Source: Styela clava
Lineage: Eukaryota
Direction of reading: 5' to 3'
Assembly (NCBI RefSeq): GCF_964204865.1
Contig: NC_135253.1
Coordinates: 15,314,001-15,378,000 of the forward strand
DNA length: 64,000 bases
Shown: piece by piece, positions 43,215 through 57,300 of the stretch
How the letters are laid out: every line of letters starts with the position of its first letter
Numbering within the stretch: the first letter of the stretch is position 1
Position numbers and translations under genes: made by a program
The notes under the pieces: generated by a model
Seen by the model: only the letters and a program-made list of their open reading frames with translations
Told to the model about the DNA's origin: nothing
Databases searched by the model: none

Positions 43215-46200
43215 TTATTGTCCTCCAATCATAACATCAAGAACTCTCCCAAAGAATTGCTTCGGTTGTTCCGAATCATGAAACAGCAGGTCGACGACAT
43301 CATTATTTGTCAGATCTCCATTCCGTAGAAAGAAAGCGTGTGCTTTCTGAAACAACGTACCGGAGAAAAGGTGACCGACTTTTGAATTGGATATTGGACA
43401 TCCTAAGAGATTATTTAGTCGCATTGCTTCGCAAATAATGGTTTGCCATTGCGCAGAAAAGTGCAATGCTACCTTGTCATAACTGCTTTTAGGTATTTGA
43501 CGAAAAGTATCTGGAAAGGAGTCTCCACTAATCTCATTGTAAGAACACGAAAACGTCAGTGCTAGTGCTTTGCACACTTCGTCCAGTGGCGCATGCTCTT
43601 GGAATCTTGTCCAACTGTAAAGACTTAAGACGAGAAGCTTGTTTTCCTCGCCAAGAACAGCTGCATCTGAAAAATCCGCATTCTGTATCATAGCTTCCGT
43701 AAGATATTTTTCTCGTGCGGCCATGATTACTTCACGAGTGTCGCATGCTCTTAATTCTTCCAGAGTCATTTCAAGATGTAATTCTTCTGTTTGGTCCGCG
43801 TTTGGAACTGTCACTGCCATCACTTTTGCTGCGTAATTTTGTCCAATTCGATCCCATTCAACAATACGACGTTCCACCACATTATCATTTTCCTCCCCGT
43901 TAAAATGGATGATGCATCCCAATTCATAGAGCGATTGGCGAATCGAAAACGATGCTACATGGGAAGAGTTGTTCTCTGGGTTATCCACCATAAGCGGCAT
44001 GAAACTCACTGGGTCTTGCATTCCTTCGACGATCTCAAAACAATCTGGTTTTACGTCAGCTGATTCGCCACCGTTACGCAACGTATCCACAGAGGTTTGA
44101 ATATCAGGAAGCTCTTGATATATACGTAAACATTCTCTGAATTTTTGTTCCGGGAAGTTTGGAGTTTTTGCCCCGAATAATCGAATAATTTGATCGTTAC
44201 TTTGATAACGGGCGAGCCACACCAACGCACATTTGATAGAGTTTAGAAGATTCCTTGGATGCCTCACTTCCTGTAGACCAAAGTTTGCTATTATCAATTT
44301 AAAATTTAAGGTTCGACTAATGCTCACCCAATGTTAAACTATTTTACTGTTTTTCTGTATATATATATATATATGCATTTTGAATCAGTAAAAAGTCACG
44401 AAAAGTTGCTTTAGTGAAAAATACATTGGAAAAAAATGATATGCGTATCTCGTGCTTCACAAGAGGGTAAAAAATTCCGACATTGCGAATAGTTCGCATA
44501 AATGTACATGTACAGTTATTATTAAATTTTTTCAAAATTCCGGGGTATATCGCTAGTGATTGTACACAATCTCACAGTTACAGATTTAACTATACGTGCA
44601 CTGAAACTATACCCAATGAATTATAGTGATTACTAAATTAGAAGTTTCCCATATGGTAATGAATACTTCCAGTCTCTCTTTCCATATAGGACCTCATCGA
44701 TTTCATCCAGAACCTAATTTCATCTAATGCCATTCTAGATCTGGATATTTTATAGGTATTCACCCCAGGAAAAACTTGCAAGAAATCCTCGAAGCTTCCA
44801 CCGAGGATTCCGTCTTGTGTGCTCATCAATGCCCCGAGAACAGATAACGCATTCTTCGGAGTTCCAAACGTAATTTCCAAGATAGACTGACGAAATATCT
44901 TCCCCCTACAAGACCGCTGTGGTCGTGTTACCTAACAATGAATGTGAAATAAAACCCCAAGATCGACTTTGATATAAAATGAAGCATATTTGTGAAAAGA
45001 ATATAGCCTATAATTATAAATGAGATATAACAAATTTAATAAAAGGAATATATGTATATACAGTATAAAATCACATCTTATTATATTTTCGTGGTCATGT
45101 TCCCACCAAGGTGCGCAGTATCACCGATCATTTACGCTTTAAAAATCTTTATGGCTCGTGGCCCTCTCCCGGAGGCTTTTAGCACTCATGACCCTCCTGT
45201 TTGTCATTTCAGTGGTATTTATATACTTCGATTGGTCGATTCCAAATTCCATTATGATCAAACAGTTCATGATGATATAACTAAGCAATGAAACTAAGGA
45301 AAAACGGGGAGTTATATTGTGAAGTGAAAAGTGAAATCCGTCAGAAACCGCTGGCCTAACTAGAATGCTCGATTCACGTTTCAGTACAGTATTTTGGTTA
45401 ATACTGTTCATTGTGATGTCACACACGTGTCTGTTACCGCCGAGTATCTCTATTTCCCTATGCAAGCGCGGCCGTAGTCGCATTTCGAAATTTTTATCAA
45501 ACGATCTGGATTCTGTGTTCGTGTCGGGAAAATGTGTCGGTTGCTCGTAGCCGTATGATAAGTCTAAAATAGTTGGAATTTGAATGAGGGCTGAGTTTAC
45601 GGGACTGCCAGCGGCGTCAGCTCTCAGGCCTCGAGCTCCGACACACGTGGCCATGGGATTATACTGAATGATACCAGTGTTATAATATAAAAAAATTATG
45701 TTTACCAGGAATATGAGTTAAATGTGTACGGTTCGCATTCTGATAATATATTATACTATTGTGGTATTTCACAAAGTCTGTATATCATTCATTTATGCTG
45801 AGGTTCAAAATATTCATGCTCATTTACGAATATTTGCCGAGTGTAAAGTTTTCTTAGATGGAACACGGGTCGGGACATACTATTTATACTGCGTCGCCAT
45901 AAAACGTACACATGGTTATTTCGGCATTGTACATTGATCATATTCGAAAAAAGGTTGAATGGTAGGGACGGATTCATGCTTGACATAAAATGCGGAAAAA
46001 ATAACCAATTTTTTTTTTAATTTCAGCTTTTGTGAACTGTAAACTTAACTACATCATAGTAACTCCACAACTTGCTTCGAAAACAAAAACATTAAAATTG
46101 TAATACAATGTCTACCGCACTATAATATTACCTCTTGCCATTTGAAGTCGCTCATAAAAAGAAATCCCTTGTTGACTTCAAATATACAGAAATCAGTGTC

Positions 46201-47595
46201 CGACGCAAGAACCATCGCGTCAAGTTCGTTGGCAATTGCGGCGGTTTCGGCATCAGCATCTCCGGGAAAAACAATGAAAGGGACACCAAGTTAAGTCAAA
46301 GTTTGCCTCAACACATCCTCTAAATAATTTTGAAAAAGGTGGTAAAATTTAAACTTTCATACATACTTGTACGGTAGGTTAATTGAAACAAATTGCATTA
46401 GCAAGCTAGTCACGTGACTGATATGGGGAAACTGTTTATAGGACGTGTTGCATGCATCACTCCTCCGCGGTGAAATGGCATAACATCTCTCCGCGCACCA
46501 TCGCTGTTAATGGATGTTTGCTTGCCAAGTTGCGTCTTAGTAACCGTTTTGTTTTACAAATAAAATTTAAATCTGACTTCCAAGTAAAGGTTTTTCTTGT
46601 ATTATTGGAATCCCCGTGTTCACCAGTTCTCTTATACCACCCAATCTGGCAGTTTTCTCTTTGAGAAATCTTGTTATGTTGTTTCTCGATTTGAAACTAA
46701 AAAACAATATCACGATAAAAAGCACAACCACCGATTTGTTTTTGTCGTATGGAAAAGTAGAAAACATAAATTGGTTAGTTAGTTAGAGCATGGTTAACTT
46801 ATAACCGCGAAATAGGAATAAAATAAAAGACAAAAACTCTTGAAATAGAGCAGTTTATAAATATATAATTTTATCGTTAGTTCAAATGAGTCAGTCGCAA
46901 ATAGCACCACATCTCAAGTTATGTGTTTTTAAGTTATGGAACACTATATTGCTATAGTTCAAAAAGCGAGTAGAGCCCATTTCAATAAGTTTTTGGTAGA
47001 TTGTAAATTTATCCTTGTTTACCTGTCAAATACCACGTAAGGTTGAATATGGCAACGGTTCAATACTTCGACAAATTGTTGTATTGTAGATCGAAATGAC
47101 GTATAATCGCCGCCACATCTGAAATATTTCAATTAGAGAATGAATAAGTAATTTGAGACGCTATACATATTTGAATGGGTGGTATTGCGGAAGTTTTATT
47201 AGTTTTTCACCAGTAATGGAATAGCATAATTCTTTTTATGCCTATAACTTGTCCCATACGGCCGTACCCATTCATCGGAATACAAGTTTGTTACTAAGCA
47301 ATCAGAGTTTTACTTTAAAATATTTCCTCCAATCTTACTTACAAAGATGGCTGGCATAGCTGAATCAATCGTACATAATCGAGCTGAATGAATGTTTAAT
47401 GATTGCTCTATTAAATGTATTCAAAATATACTAAATTGCAATATTCTACCTGAAATCCAAATGGCTACAATCGAAGTAAAGAAAATACAGCAAATCTGAT
47501 CCATCGATGATAACGTTTGTGTCACTGACATCGATATCTTCTAATAAAGGTCTGGAGTATTTGTGAACAAAACCACTCAACCCTTTGATTCCCAT
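43215..47595 (-). pseudogene. ASTE1: ASTE1-like copy 3 with a single nonsense codon; exons 47450-47595, 47023-47118, 46578-46696, 46132-46319, 44764-44931, 43215-44270
   Basis: All splice sites and frames are intact, but GAA>TAA at 46291-46293 gives QTLT*LGVP. Confidence 0.85.
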
Positions 47596-48254
47596 TGCTA
47601 CACCCTTCTACGTACCCCAATCTGGATACTTACGGTATGATGATCAATTAATATATGTTTAGCCTCTGTGCAGGAAAAGTAATCCTTCACCTTCACCCCG
47701 CCAGCAGACGATAAAACTAGACCTAGACCTGATATTGATGCAAGTAGGCCCGCCCAACTTCGGTAAATAAATCCTAACTAGTATACACCATACTCTCGTG
47801 GAAGGGAATTTTCCTCTCCATGGAAACACGGTGCGAACTACCACTGTGAAGCTAGCAGCAATTTGACCTTTGTGTGCGGCGAAGCGGAAAGGCGAATATT
47901 CACGGCAGAAATGGAGGCGGGTCAGATTCTACACCCGATAAAATAAAGATAAACGAAATTAGCATACTATCCTCGGAAATATGTTTATCATTTAGGAAAA
48001 ATAACAAATATATAGCAAAAAATAAATAATAAAAGCTTGAAAAAAGAATGAAATAAAAAAAAACAAAAAAAAGGGAAACGAATTTTATTTAACTTCCTTT
48101 GAAAGAGCAGATAAGAAATTCCCTACCTAAAGCAATTCCCTAGTACAGTAGAACAAAACAGGGGAGATGGAACACGAGAATGAAAAATGGGGTCCCGGCG
48201 TTCCCTTTCAAGCAATTTTTAATAATGAAGAGGGTTAAATGATGTTTTTCAAAA

Positions 48255-48565
48255 AAACTAGAACCTAAGCCTTCTAAAACTTTTAATTTAAGGTATTCTT
48301 AGGGCGAAAATGGCTTTATTTGCAAAATATATTTAAGTTTTTCACACAACTAGAACCCAAGCCTTATTTATTTTAGAATCTAAGGTATTCTCATGGCGAA
48401 AATGGCCTTATTTGGAAAAATTACGTATAACGAAAAAAGTTAAGTTAGTCAATTTTGAAAGCTCAGCGGCAAATTCTTCCGCACAAGAGGCATCCAATTT
48501 GATTAATCAATATTAAAGAGATTTATCTGAAGTTTTTCACACAACTAGAACCTAAGCCTTTTTTC
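48255..48565. repeat. degenerate direct repeats (AACTAGAACCTAAGCCTT…TAAGGTATTCT…GGCGAAAATGGC), 2 full copies and 1 partial
   Basis: Unit starts at ~48256, ~48347 and ~48543. Confidence 0.6.
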
Positions 48566-48572
48566 TTTTTCA

Positions 48573-49345
48573 TTATTTGTGAACGAAACCATGTAAACCT
48601 TTCATTCCCATTGCTACACCCTTCTACGTACTTCAATCTGGATAATTATAGTATGATAATCAAATGATATATGTTCAGCCTCCGTGCAGGAAGAGTAATC
48701 TTTTACTTTCACCCCGCCAGCAGACGCTAAAACTAGACCTAAAACTAGATTTCTAGGTTTTTATTTCAAGTCTGAAAGATTATGTTTCCTCAGCGGCATT
48801 GTAGATGAGAAACTGATAAAATGCAAAGTAGCATCTAGTTCTCGTATAAACCCTGAAACAGCATGCAGGTGCACTTCCGAAAGAGACAAGACGTTGCGAA
48901 AAATGAACAGATCAATTGCATTGTTATATCATAAACGATGTCAGAGCCAATAGCTGAATAGAGGTACACATCGGTGCAGACATGCGTCCAAGATTAGGGG
49001 TTTTGAAAATTACCATACCGGCCTGGAAATATAAACTTGATTATGAGCGATCGCAGCCTTGACTGCCCAACTGACATTACATTATAATAGTTTAGTTATT
49101 GCTAGATTAATTTAAGGCCGGTTTTATCAATTTTTATCACTGATATGTTAGCATTTTTTATTTCATTCGTGCCTTGGTGGGTCACGAATAAAACCAAGTG
49201 GGTCACTTTGTGACCCGCGGGTTAGCTGTTCGCCATCCCTGGTATACACCATGCTCTCGTAAGAGGGAATTTCCATCTCTATGGAAACACGGTGCGAACA
49301 CAGCTCTGATTGGATGCGGTTGAGAGAACATTGCTTTGAAAGATA
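48573..49345 (-). pseudogene. fifth ASTE1 5' fragment (first codons MGMKGLHGFVHK plus leader), split by a hAT-type insertion ending at ~49241
   Basis: 48573-48745 aligns with exon 1 and the proximal leader; 49242-49345 aligns with the distal leader; GCCATCCCTG hAT-like end. Confidence 0.8.
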
Positions 49346-50361
49346 ATACAGTAATGACAAAAATTATTACCACAAGTTGATGACGATATAAAGTAAAAAA
49401 AAACTTATTCCACATAAATTTCCAAGTTCATATGTATTGACGTTTATTTTGTGTAATTTTTGTATTTTTCAGGAACGAAGAAAACGCAAGACGCAAGAAA
49501 ATATGTGGGTAATATGCAATGTTGGAAATATAGAAGAAGCAAATAAACCGTAAATATAAACAATTGCTTACACTGAGAAGTTCGTTTCCGGAGATTGTCA
49601 CCTTCGAAATGAAATACAATCTTTGAAAAATTTGTCAAAAATTTCTTCAAAGGTATAATTTCTTTATTAGTTGATCCTTGAATCTCCTTCACATTCTATG
49701 CAAATTTCGACAGTGAATAGTATTTTGTGAAATACCAGTATATCATGATACTCTCTCTCTCTATCAAAGGTTAGGATGTGCACTCGATTCAATTTCGGCT
49801 ATACAAAAAATTGAAATCTTAATTATATCTTCGTTATTTGAAAAAATTATTGTGCGTTTTTGCATTATGAGATAATGAACAACTTCCTGTTATTTGCTAC
49901 TGGCTTACCCATGACCCGAAAAAACACAGTTTAGGTTTAATGTACTGTACTATTAACTGGCGCGGGTAAAATTTTATTTTTCTTCAACTGGGTTAATATA
50001 TAATATAAAGCTAATAAATATGTCACAAAAAGTTTAATTTACAGAGTGATAAAGACTCATCTCATCCGCACGAACTGTTTCCAGAAGACATTAGGAAAGA
50101 AAAGATATGCAAAATTATTTAGGTAGAAAAAAAAATTCAAAGGACCTATGCGTTTCATACTATCATTTTCGGTGACGGCAGATTTGCACCCACGCCATTT
50201 GCACCCGTGAACTGCATCCAGCACATTCGTACCTGCATAATATATTTGCACCCAGCGATATTTGCACCCATACATTTCCACCCATAAATTTTAGCACCCG
50301 CGGACATTTGCACCTATGTGCATTTGCACCCACGAACATTTTCACCCATAGACGTTTGCAC

Positions 50362-52158
50362 CAGCGCCGGATTAACCATTAAACAATATAAGCACGTGCT
50401 TAGGGCACCAAGCAAAGAGGGGCACCACAGAAATTTTAGAGCAGAATTTTATATAGTTTATCGGTATTTATTAAAATATTAGGAGTTCACCAGGCGACTC
50501 AAACTTCAAAATGTTCGCTTATTTTTGTCTTCAAGTATCATATTAACCTTCTTTACTAAAAACAAACACTGAAACTTATTTATTGGACACGAAATGGGCC
50601 TATGAGTCGTTTTCTTAAATTGTTGTTGTTTTTTCTTTCTAGTATTCACCTTGTTTCTGCATTTTTTATTTTTGAAAAAATTTCTATTCTCTTCAACAAT
50701 TGAACCAAAAAACTATTTACACTATGTGGCGGTTCCACGATCGCATTTCAACGATATATTGGTCAGCAAAGTCGGGAGTTTCTTGATAAGGTAGACCAGG
50801 GTGGTCCAAATTCTGTCATGCTGATACATTCCGTGCGGCTCACAGAACAAATTTAGCGTATATTTGTATCTAATGGAGTAATGTTTTTGAGTTTTTTTTC
50901 AACTGGGGTTGGAATCCCGAGATTCAAACCCCTTTTTCTAACGCTCTGTGCCTTTATTTTAGTAAAACCATTCCTCTGTTTACAAGCGTCGGCCATGTGA
51001 CAGTAGTGACGAAACGCAGAACCGACTTAACGCCGCGTAATCCTTTTTTTTAACTAGGTCCCGAAAACCAACTTAGACTGACTTGGTTGGTATTTGACGA
51101 TGTCACTAAGCTTGCTCACGCTGTAAGTTTTTAAATTACTCAATATAACAATTCGTAATAAAATGAGTGTCGCAAGAAAGGTGACATAAGAGAACACGGC
51201 GGAAATGTATTTCCTTGCCCATCACGCAGTGTCTGGTATGATTTCAAGTAATATCTGTCACGACAGAATATAATTTGAAGCGACATTAAACGCGAGATGC
51301 TCAAAATACAACGGTAATTCTCGGGAATTAACTTTAAAACTAGAATATCGGTTAGAAACCGAAGACTTATCGATCGAAGGTTAGGGGATCCCGCAAAACA
51401 GTGGTCTTACTCCATAATGACATCATGTGTCCCATCACTAATTAAATAATAACTCGCTACTTATAAGACATAATCCATCCAAAATCAATAGGCTCCTGAT
51501 CCGAGCTATGATAAATGCACATGCAAAATTTAGAGCAGATTCAACCTCGCTTTCGTGAGATATCGCGTGCGTATCGTATCTAACATACAGACAAATACCT
51601 TAATATCTTAAGATCGATAGGTAATAACTGAAGGCTTTATATATCTTCTTTAAACGAACGCCAACCATGCAACATAATAAGAGTCTGATTAGAACGGTAA
51701 ACTCTCGTTGTTTATTAAATTTAAAGTAAGTAAACTCGCGATATTTTGATCACTTTTGGGTTTTCTCCGACTTGCGGCCCGCGATACCTCCTCAAAAGTT
51801 TTTGCGGTCCTTCAACCTAGCAACCTTGAACCACTCTGAGGTAGACTACTAGGTACCGGTAAAATTTCAAACTACAGTTGTGAATCTTTATTGTTACACT
51901 TCCTCAGGATTATAGCTCAACCGATATAACGGCCCGATATTGCGTGTTTGCATATATATATTATCGGCAGTAAACGGCCGATATATATATCGGCTATATA
52001 TAACAGTTAAAAAACCTAAAAATGTTCGCAAAAGTTGTTTATTTACTGTTGGTTGTGATTATTTTTAATGAATAATAATACACTTATGTGGTTATATTGT
52101 TTTTATAATCAAATTACACATGAGGGGGCACCAAAGTCTTCAGTGCTTAGGGCACCAA
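50362..52158. mobile_element. hAT element (Tip100-like ends)
   Basis: CAGCGCCGGATTAA / TTAATCCGCCCCTG; perfect TSD GTTTGCAC. Confidence 0.9.
50797..51838. mobile_element. Charlie/SPIN-like hAT derivative with a transposase 5' remnant
   Basis: CAGGGTGGTCCAA / TTGAACCACTCTG; perfect TSD AGGTAGAC; remnant QCLV…EYNLKRH at ~51225-51290. Confidence 0.85.
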
Positions 52159-54322
52159 AGGGGCTTAATCCGCCCCTGGTTTGCACCCATGTACATTTGC
52201 ATCCACCGATATTTGCACCTACGTACATTTGCACCCATGTATATTTCCACTAATGTACGTTTGTATCCGTGCACCCACGTACATTTGTATCCATACACCC
52301 ACGATTATTTGTACTCATGACATTTTCCCCATGTTCATTCGCCTCATGAACGAATCCACAGGCATGTTCGCGAATAATCGTGTTTCAGACAAACCATAAT
52401 TACCAACTACTGTATACATATATATTCGGCATGAAGGATTCCAAATTTTAAGTTGACTGTATTCTTGGTGAGGGTTACTATGTTTTTTTACTGTCATTGC
52501 GAGTTATAATTCCATTCCCCCTTTTGTTGGTCATTTTCTTTCGATGAAATAACGCAAACGTAGTCGAATGCACGGTGGTTGGTCGACGGTGGCGAAGAAG
52601 ACTGGCCGTACATAGTTAATCAAGTCAGTGGTAAACTAATTGTACAAGACTAGAGAGAGGTGCTCAGAGAAGGAAGAATTGAGAAGAAAAGAACAGAGAG
52701 CGACAAACGACCTCGACTTGGTGAAAGCAGGATTTTTATGGAACGAGTTGTTAACAGCACTTTCATAGTTTTTGTATTATTTCCTTATAAAGGTGTCTAC
52801 ACACGGGTGGTCCAAACCCAGGCCCGCGGGCTTCATCATCTGTGGTCGGCGTCGCATTCGGAGAGAAATCTACACCGATGCTGGTCGTTTTCCTCGATCT
52901 GAGTTAATAGATAAAAATCCAAAATAATCGTGTTCGGGTTTGCAGTGAGTTCGTCCCCGTTCCTATTCATAACATTTGGATGTCCCTATTTCGGCGCAAA
53001 TGGCAATAGAACTTCTCACTTCAAAGACTTGTATCAATGGGTGTAAATGTTGACGGGTGCAAAATTCCATGGGCGCAAGTGTCCATAGATGCGAATATCC
53101 GGGTTTGCAAATGACAAAATTTTGTTGCGCATACTACAGGAGGTCCGTTTAATGATATATATACGGAAATTTTATAAATCTAATAATAATACTAACCACT
53201 AACGGCTTCCGGGACTTCCCTTGGCTGAAAAGCAGGCAATATGTAAACATGACTGTTCTATATATGCGATATATGTTCACATATAGATCACAGAAATAAA
53301 TTTAATTAATACTCACTTTACTGATTTATGATGTCTTTGGAAATATCAAGAAGACGAGGAAAGAATATTTTTTGTAACTTACGAAGATTTGAAGAAAGAT
53401 CTTCGAAAAGAAGTTGAATCAAAATTTCTTTCTTAAAAAAAAATTGTCGGAACAACAACTCGACGCTTTTTCTGAACATTGTACATTCGACAGCATGAGC
53501 AAAAATAAAAGTATAAATATGTCTAGTCATGCAAATTTCAAGGATTTGAAGAAGTCAAAATTTTTTGAAAAGACAATTTTTTTTTTCCGCTAAATCAAAG
53601 CTTGGCTTTTGATGAGTTATATCAAGAAAAAAATCAAACAAACTGGATTTGATATATCTTTTGGAAATCGAATATTAAGTTAATTGTCATTAATATGCAT
53701 TATAATTGGTAAAAACATTTACAAAGGCGATTATTCAAACACGATTGTAGCCACAAACAAAAATAACTCAAACAATAAGGAATGCTGTATAAATGTTAAA
53801 TGAACATAATTTTTGGATACGAAATGTACATATGTTTTTTTTATATTGATGTTATAAAAAATGGGTTTTGTCATTATCACAGGCCAGTTGCTTTGAAGTT
53901 TCTGGTGGTTGAAGATTGTATTTTCCGCTAGAAGGTCATGACTTTTATTTATTTCAAAAATTTTTGTAGGCTTTATGGTATTCGTTTCTTGTGTGCGATG
54001 ATGTCATCAAAATTTTACATTCCGTGGCTGTTCCGTGTTCGCGTCATTGGTCAGGCTACGTTGTTTGGAATGCTGAGACGGTAATCTACTGTGACAGATT
54101 GCATGCCTGGGCTACATCGTTTTGACTTTCATGTTCATATATTTGAGCATTGCTCACTCTCTTTTCTTATATATTCGACATGAAGTCACAAAAAATATCA
54201 TGTCGATATCCTATGGACCTATATCAATGAGAATGAAGATGTAAATATAGGTACCGTGTAGGTATATTGAATATTATTTTATGTTATATATTATAATCAC
54301 ATATGATATGAAAAATATGCAT

Positions 54323-57300
54323 TTATTGTCCTCTAATCATAACATCAAGAACTTTCTCAAAGAATTGCTTCGGCTGTTCCAAGTCATGAAACAGCAGGTC
54401 GACGACATCATCATTTGTTAGGTCTTCATTTTGTAGAAAGAAAGCGTGTGCTTTCTGAAACAACGTACCAGAGAAAAGGTGACCGACTTTTGAATTTGGT
54501 ATTGGACATTCCAAGAGGTTATTTAGTCGCATTGCTTCACAGATAATGGCTTGCCATTGCGCAGAAAAGTGCAATGCTACCTTGTCATAACTGTCATTAG
54601 ATATACGACGAAAGGCATCCGGCAAAGATTTACCACTAATATCATGGTAAGAACACGAAAACGTCAGTGCTAGTGCTTTGCACACTTCGTCCAGCGGTGT
54701 CTGATCCTGACATCTTGCCCAACTGTAAATACTCAAAACGAGAAGCTTGTTTTCCTCGCCAACAACAGCTGCATCTGAAAAATCTCGATTCTGTATCATA
54801 GCTTTCGTAAGATATTCTTCCCGTGCAGCCATGATTACTTCACGAGTGTCGCATACTCTTAATTCTTCCCGTGTCATTTCAAGATGTAATTCTTCTGTTC
54901 GGTCCGAGTTTGGAACTGTCACCGTCATCACTTTTGCTCCATAATTTTGCCCAATTCGATCCATTTCTACAATACGACGTTCCACCACATTATCCTTTTC
55001 TTCTCCCTTAAAATCGATGATGCATCCCAATTCGTAAAACGATTGGCGGATTGAAAACGATGCTGCATGGGAAGAGTTGTTCTCTGGGTTATCCACCATA
55101 AGCGGCATGAAACTCACTGGTTCTTGCATTCCTTCGATGGTCTCAAAACAATATGGTTTTATGTCAGCTGATTCGCCACCGTTAAGCAACGTATCCATAA
55201 AACTTTGGATGTCAGGAAGATCTTGATATATACATAAACATTCCCTGAACTTTTCCTCCGGAAAGTTTGTAGTTTTGGCCTCGATTAATCGGATAATTTG
55301 ATCGTTGCTTTGATAACGGGCGAGCCACACCAACGCACATTCAATCGTATTTGGACGACGAAATTTTCTGGGAAGATTCCTTGGAAGCCTTACTTCCTGT
55401 AAACCAAAGTTTTCTGATATCAACTATGTATTTAATGGTTCGACTAATGCTCATCCAATATTAAACTATTTTACTGTTTTTCTGTATATATGTATATTGA
55501 ATCAATACAACGCAACGTAATCCTGCTTTAGTGAAAAATACAATGAAAAATCTTATGAGCATCTCGTGCTCCAAAAGCGGGTATAAAATCCCAAAATCTG
55601 AAAATTATATAGTTATTCACCCGCGGTAAAAGTTGCAAGAAGTCCTCAAAGTTTTCACCGATGATTCCGTCTTGTTTGCTCATCAATGGCTCGAGAACAG
55701 ACAAAGCGTTTCTCGGAGTTCCAAACGTAATATCGAGGATTGACTGACGAAATATTTTCCCTCGACAAGACCGTTGAGATTCTGTTACCTATAAATAAAA
55801 CCTTAAGATCGGCGTTGATATAAAATGAAGGACATTTCTAAAAAAGGCTAGGGCCGTGTCATCTGGACCAACTCATAATGGTCAAGTCTGTCATGACCAC
55901 AGCATCAGAAACAAAGATGATGTAGATAATAATGAATCAGTAACATATCAAGATCCAGTAATAGACATGGACAAAGTGTATAAACATTGGAAGAGCGTGA
56001 GAACAAGGAAAAGCTATTTGAGTTAAATGTGTACTTTGTTTGCATTCTGATAATATATTATACTACTATTGTAATATTTCACAATCTTTGTAAATCATTT
56101 AGAACTCTGCTTAGTCTTAAAATATTCATGCTCAGTAAAACAAACATTTTTTCAGTGTAAACTTTTCTTAGAGGGAACACTGGTCGTGACATATTATTAA
56201 TAATGCGTCACCAGAAAACGTACAACTGATACCCATTTACTTCCGCATTGTATATTGAACATATTCAAAATAAACGTTGACTGTTATGCGTGACATAGAA
56301 TGCAGAAATAAATACTCAACAACTAGTTTTTGTAATATTGGCTATTTTAAACAGTTAACACAACCACATCGGAGTAACTCTACATCTTGCTTCAAATACA
56401 AAAACATCAAAATTGTAATACAATGTCTACTGCGCTATAATATTACCTCTTGCCATTTAAAGTCGCTCATAAAAAGAAATCCCTTCTTGACTTCAAATAT
56501 ACAGAAATCAGTGTCCGACGCAAGAACCATCGCGTCAAGTTCGTTGGCAATTGCGGCGATTTTGGCATCAGCATCTCCGGGAACAATTATGAAAGGGACA
56601 TCAAGTTCGGTTAAAGTTTGCGTCAACACAACCTCTAGAAAAGATAAATTGAAACTTTTATACATACTCGCAAGGAAGAATGATTGAAACCAATTGCACT
56701 AGCTAGCTAGTCACGTGACTGATATGGCAGAAGGAGGAAACAGCATATAGGACGTGTTGTATGCATCACTCCCCCGCGGTGAAATGGTATAACTTCTTTC
56801 CGCGCACGATCACTGGTAATGGTGTGTATGCTTGCTACGTTGCGTCTTAGCAATCGTTTTGTTTTAAAAAAAAGGTACAAATAAAATTTAAACTGACTTC
56901 CAAGCAAAGGTTTTGCTCTTATTCTTGTATCCCCCGTGTTCACCAGTTCTCTTATACCACCCAATTTGGCAGTTCTGTCTTTGAGATATTTTTGTATGTT
57001 GTTTTCCGATTTGAAACTAAAAACAATATCACGATAAAAAGCACAACCACCAATAAAAGATAAAAATCTCTTTAATATAGCGGTTTATAAATATATAGTT
57101 CCATCATTTTATCGCTAGTTTAAATGCCGCATTAAATAGCGCCGTTTGTCAAGTTATAGGTTTTGAAGTTATGGAATACAATATTGCTATAGTTTAAGAA
57201 GCGAGTAGAGCCCATTTCAGTCTGTTTTCGGTGTATTGTACAGTACACTAACACCTGACATTTTGTTTACCTGTCAAATACCACGTAAGGTCGAATACGG

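Larger units (their letters stand above)
50171..53120. mobile_element. MULE-like TGCACCC-repeat element hosting nested insertions
   Basis: GGTGACGGCAGATTTGCACCC start; inverted GGGTGCAAA repeats at ~53040-53115. Confidence 0.75.
49473..53670 (+). pseudogene. SULT-G remnant (degenerate exons 3, 4 and 5)
   Basis: Exon 3 remnant at 49473-49652; exon 4 from ~50045 is interrupted at 50170; exon 5 remnant at 53341-53670 has frameshifts. Confidence 0.85.
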
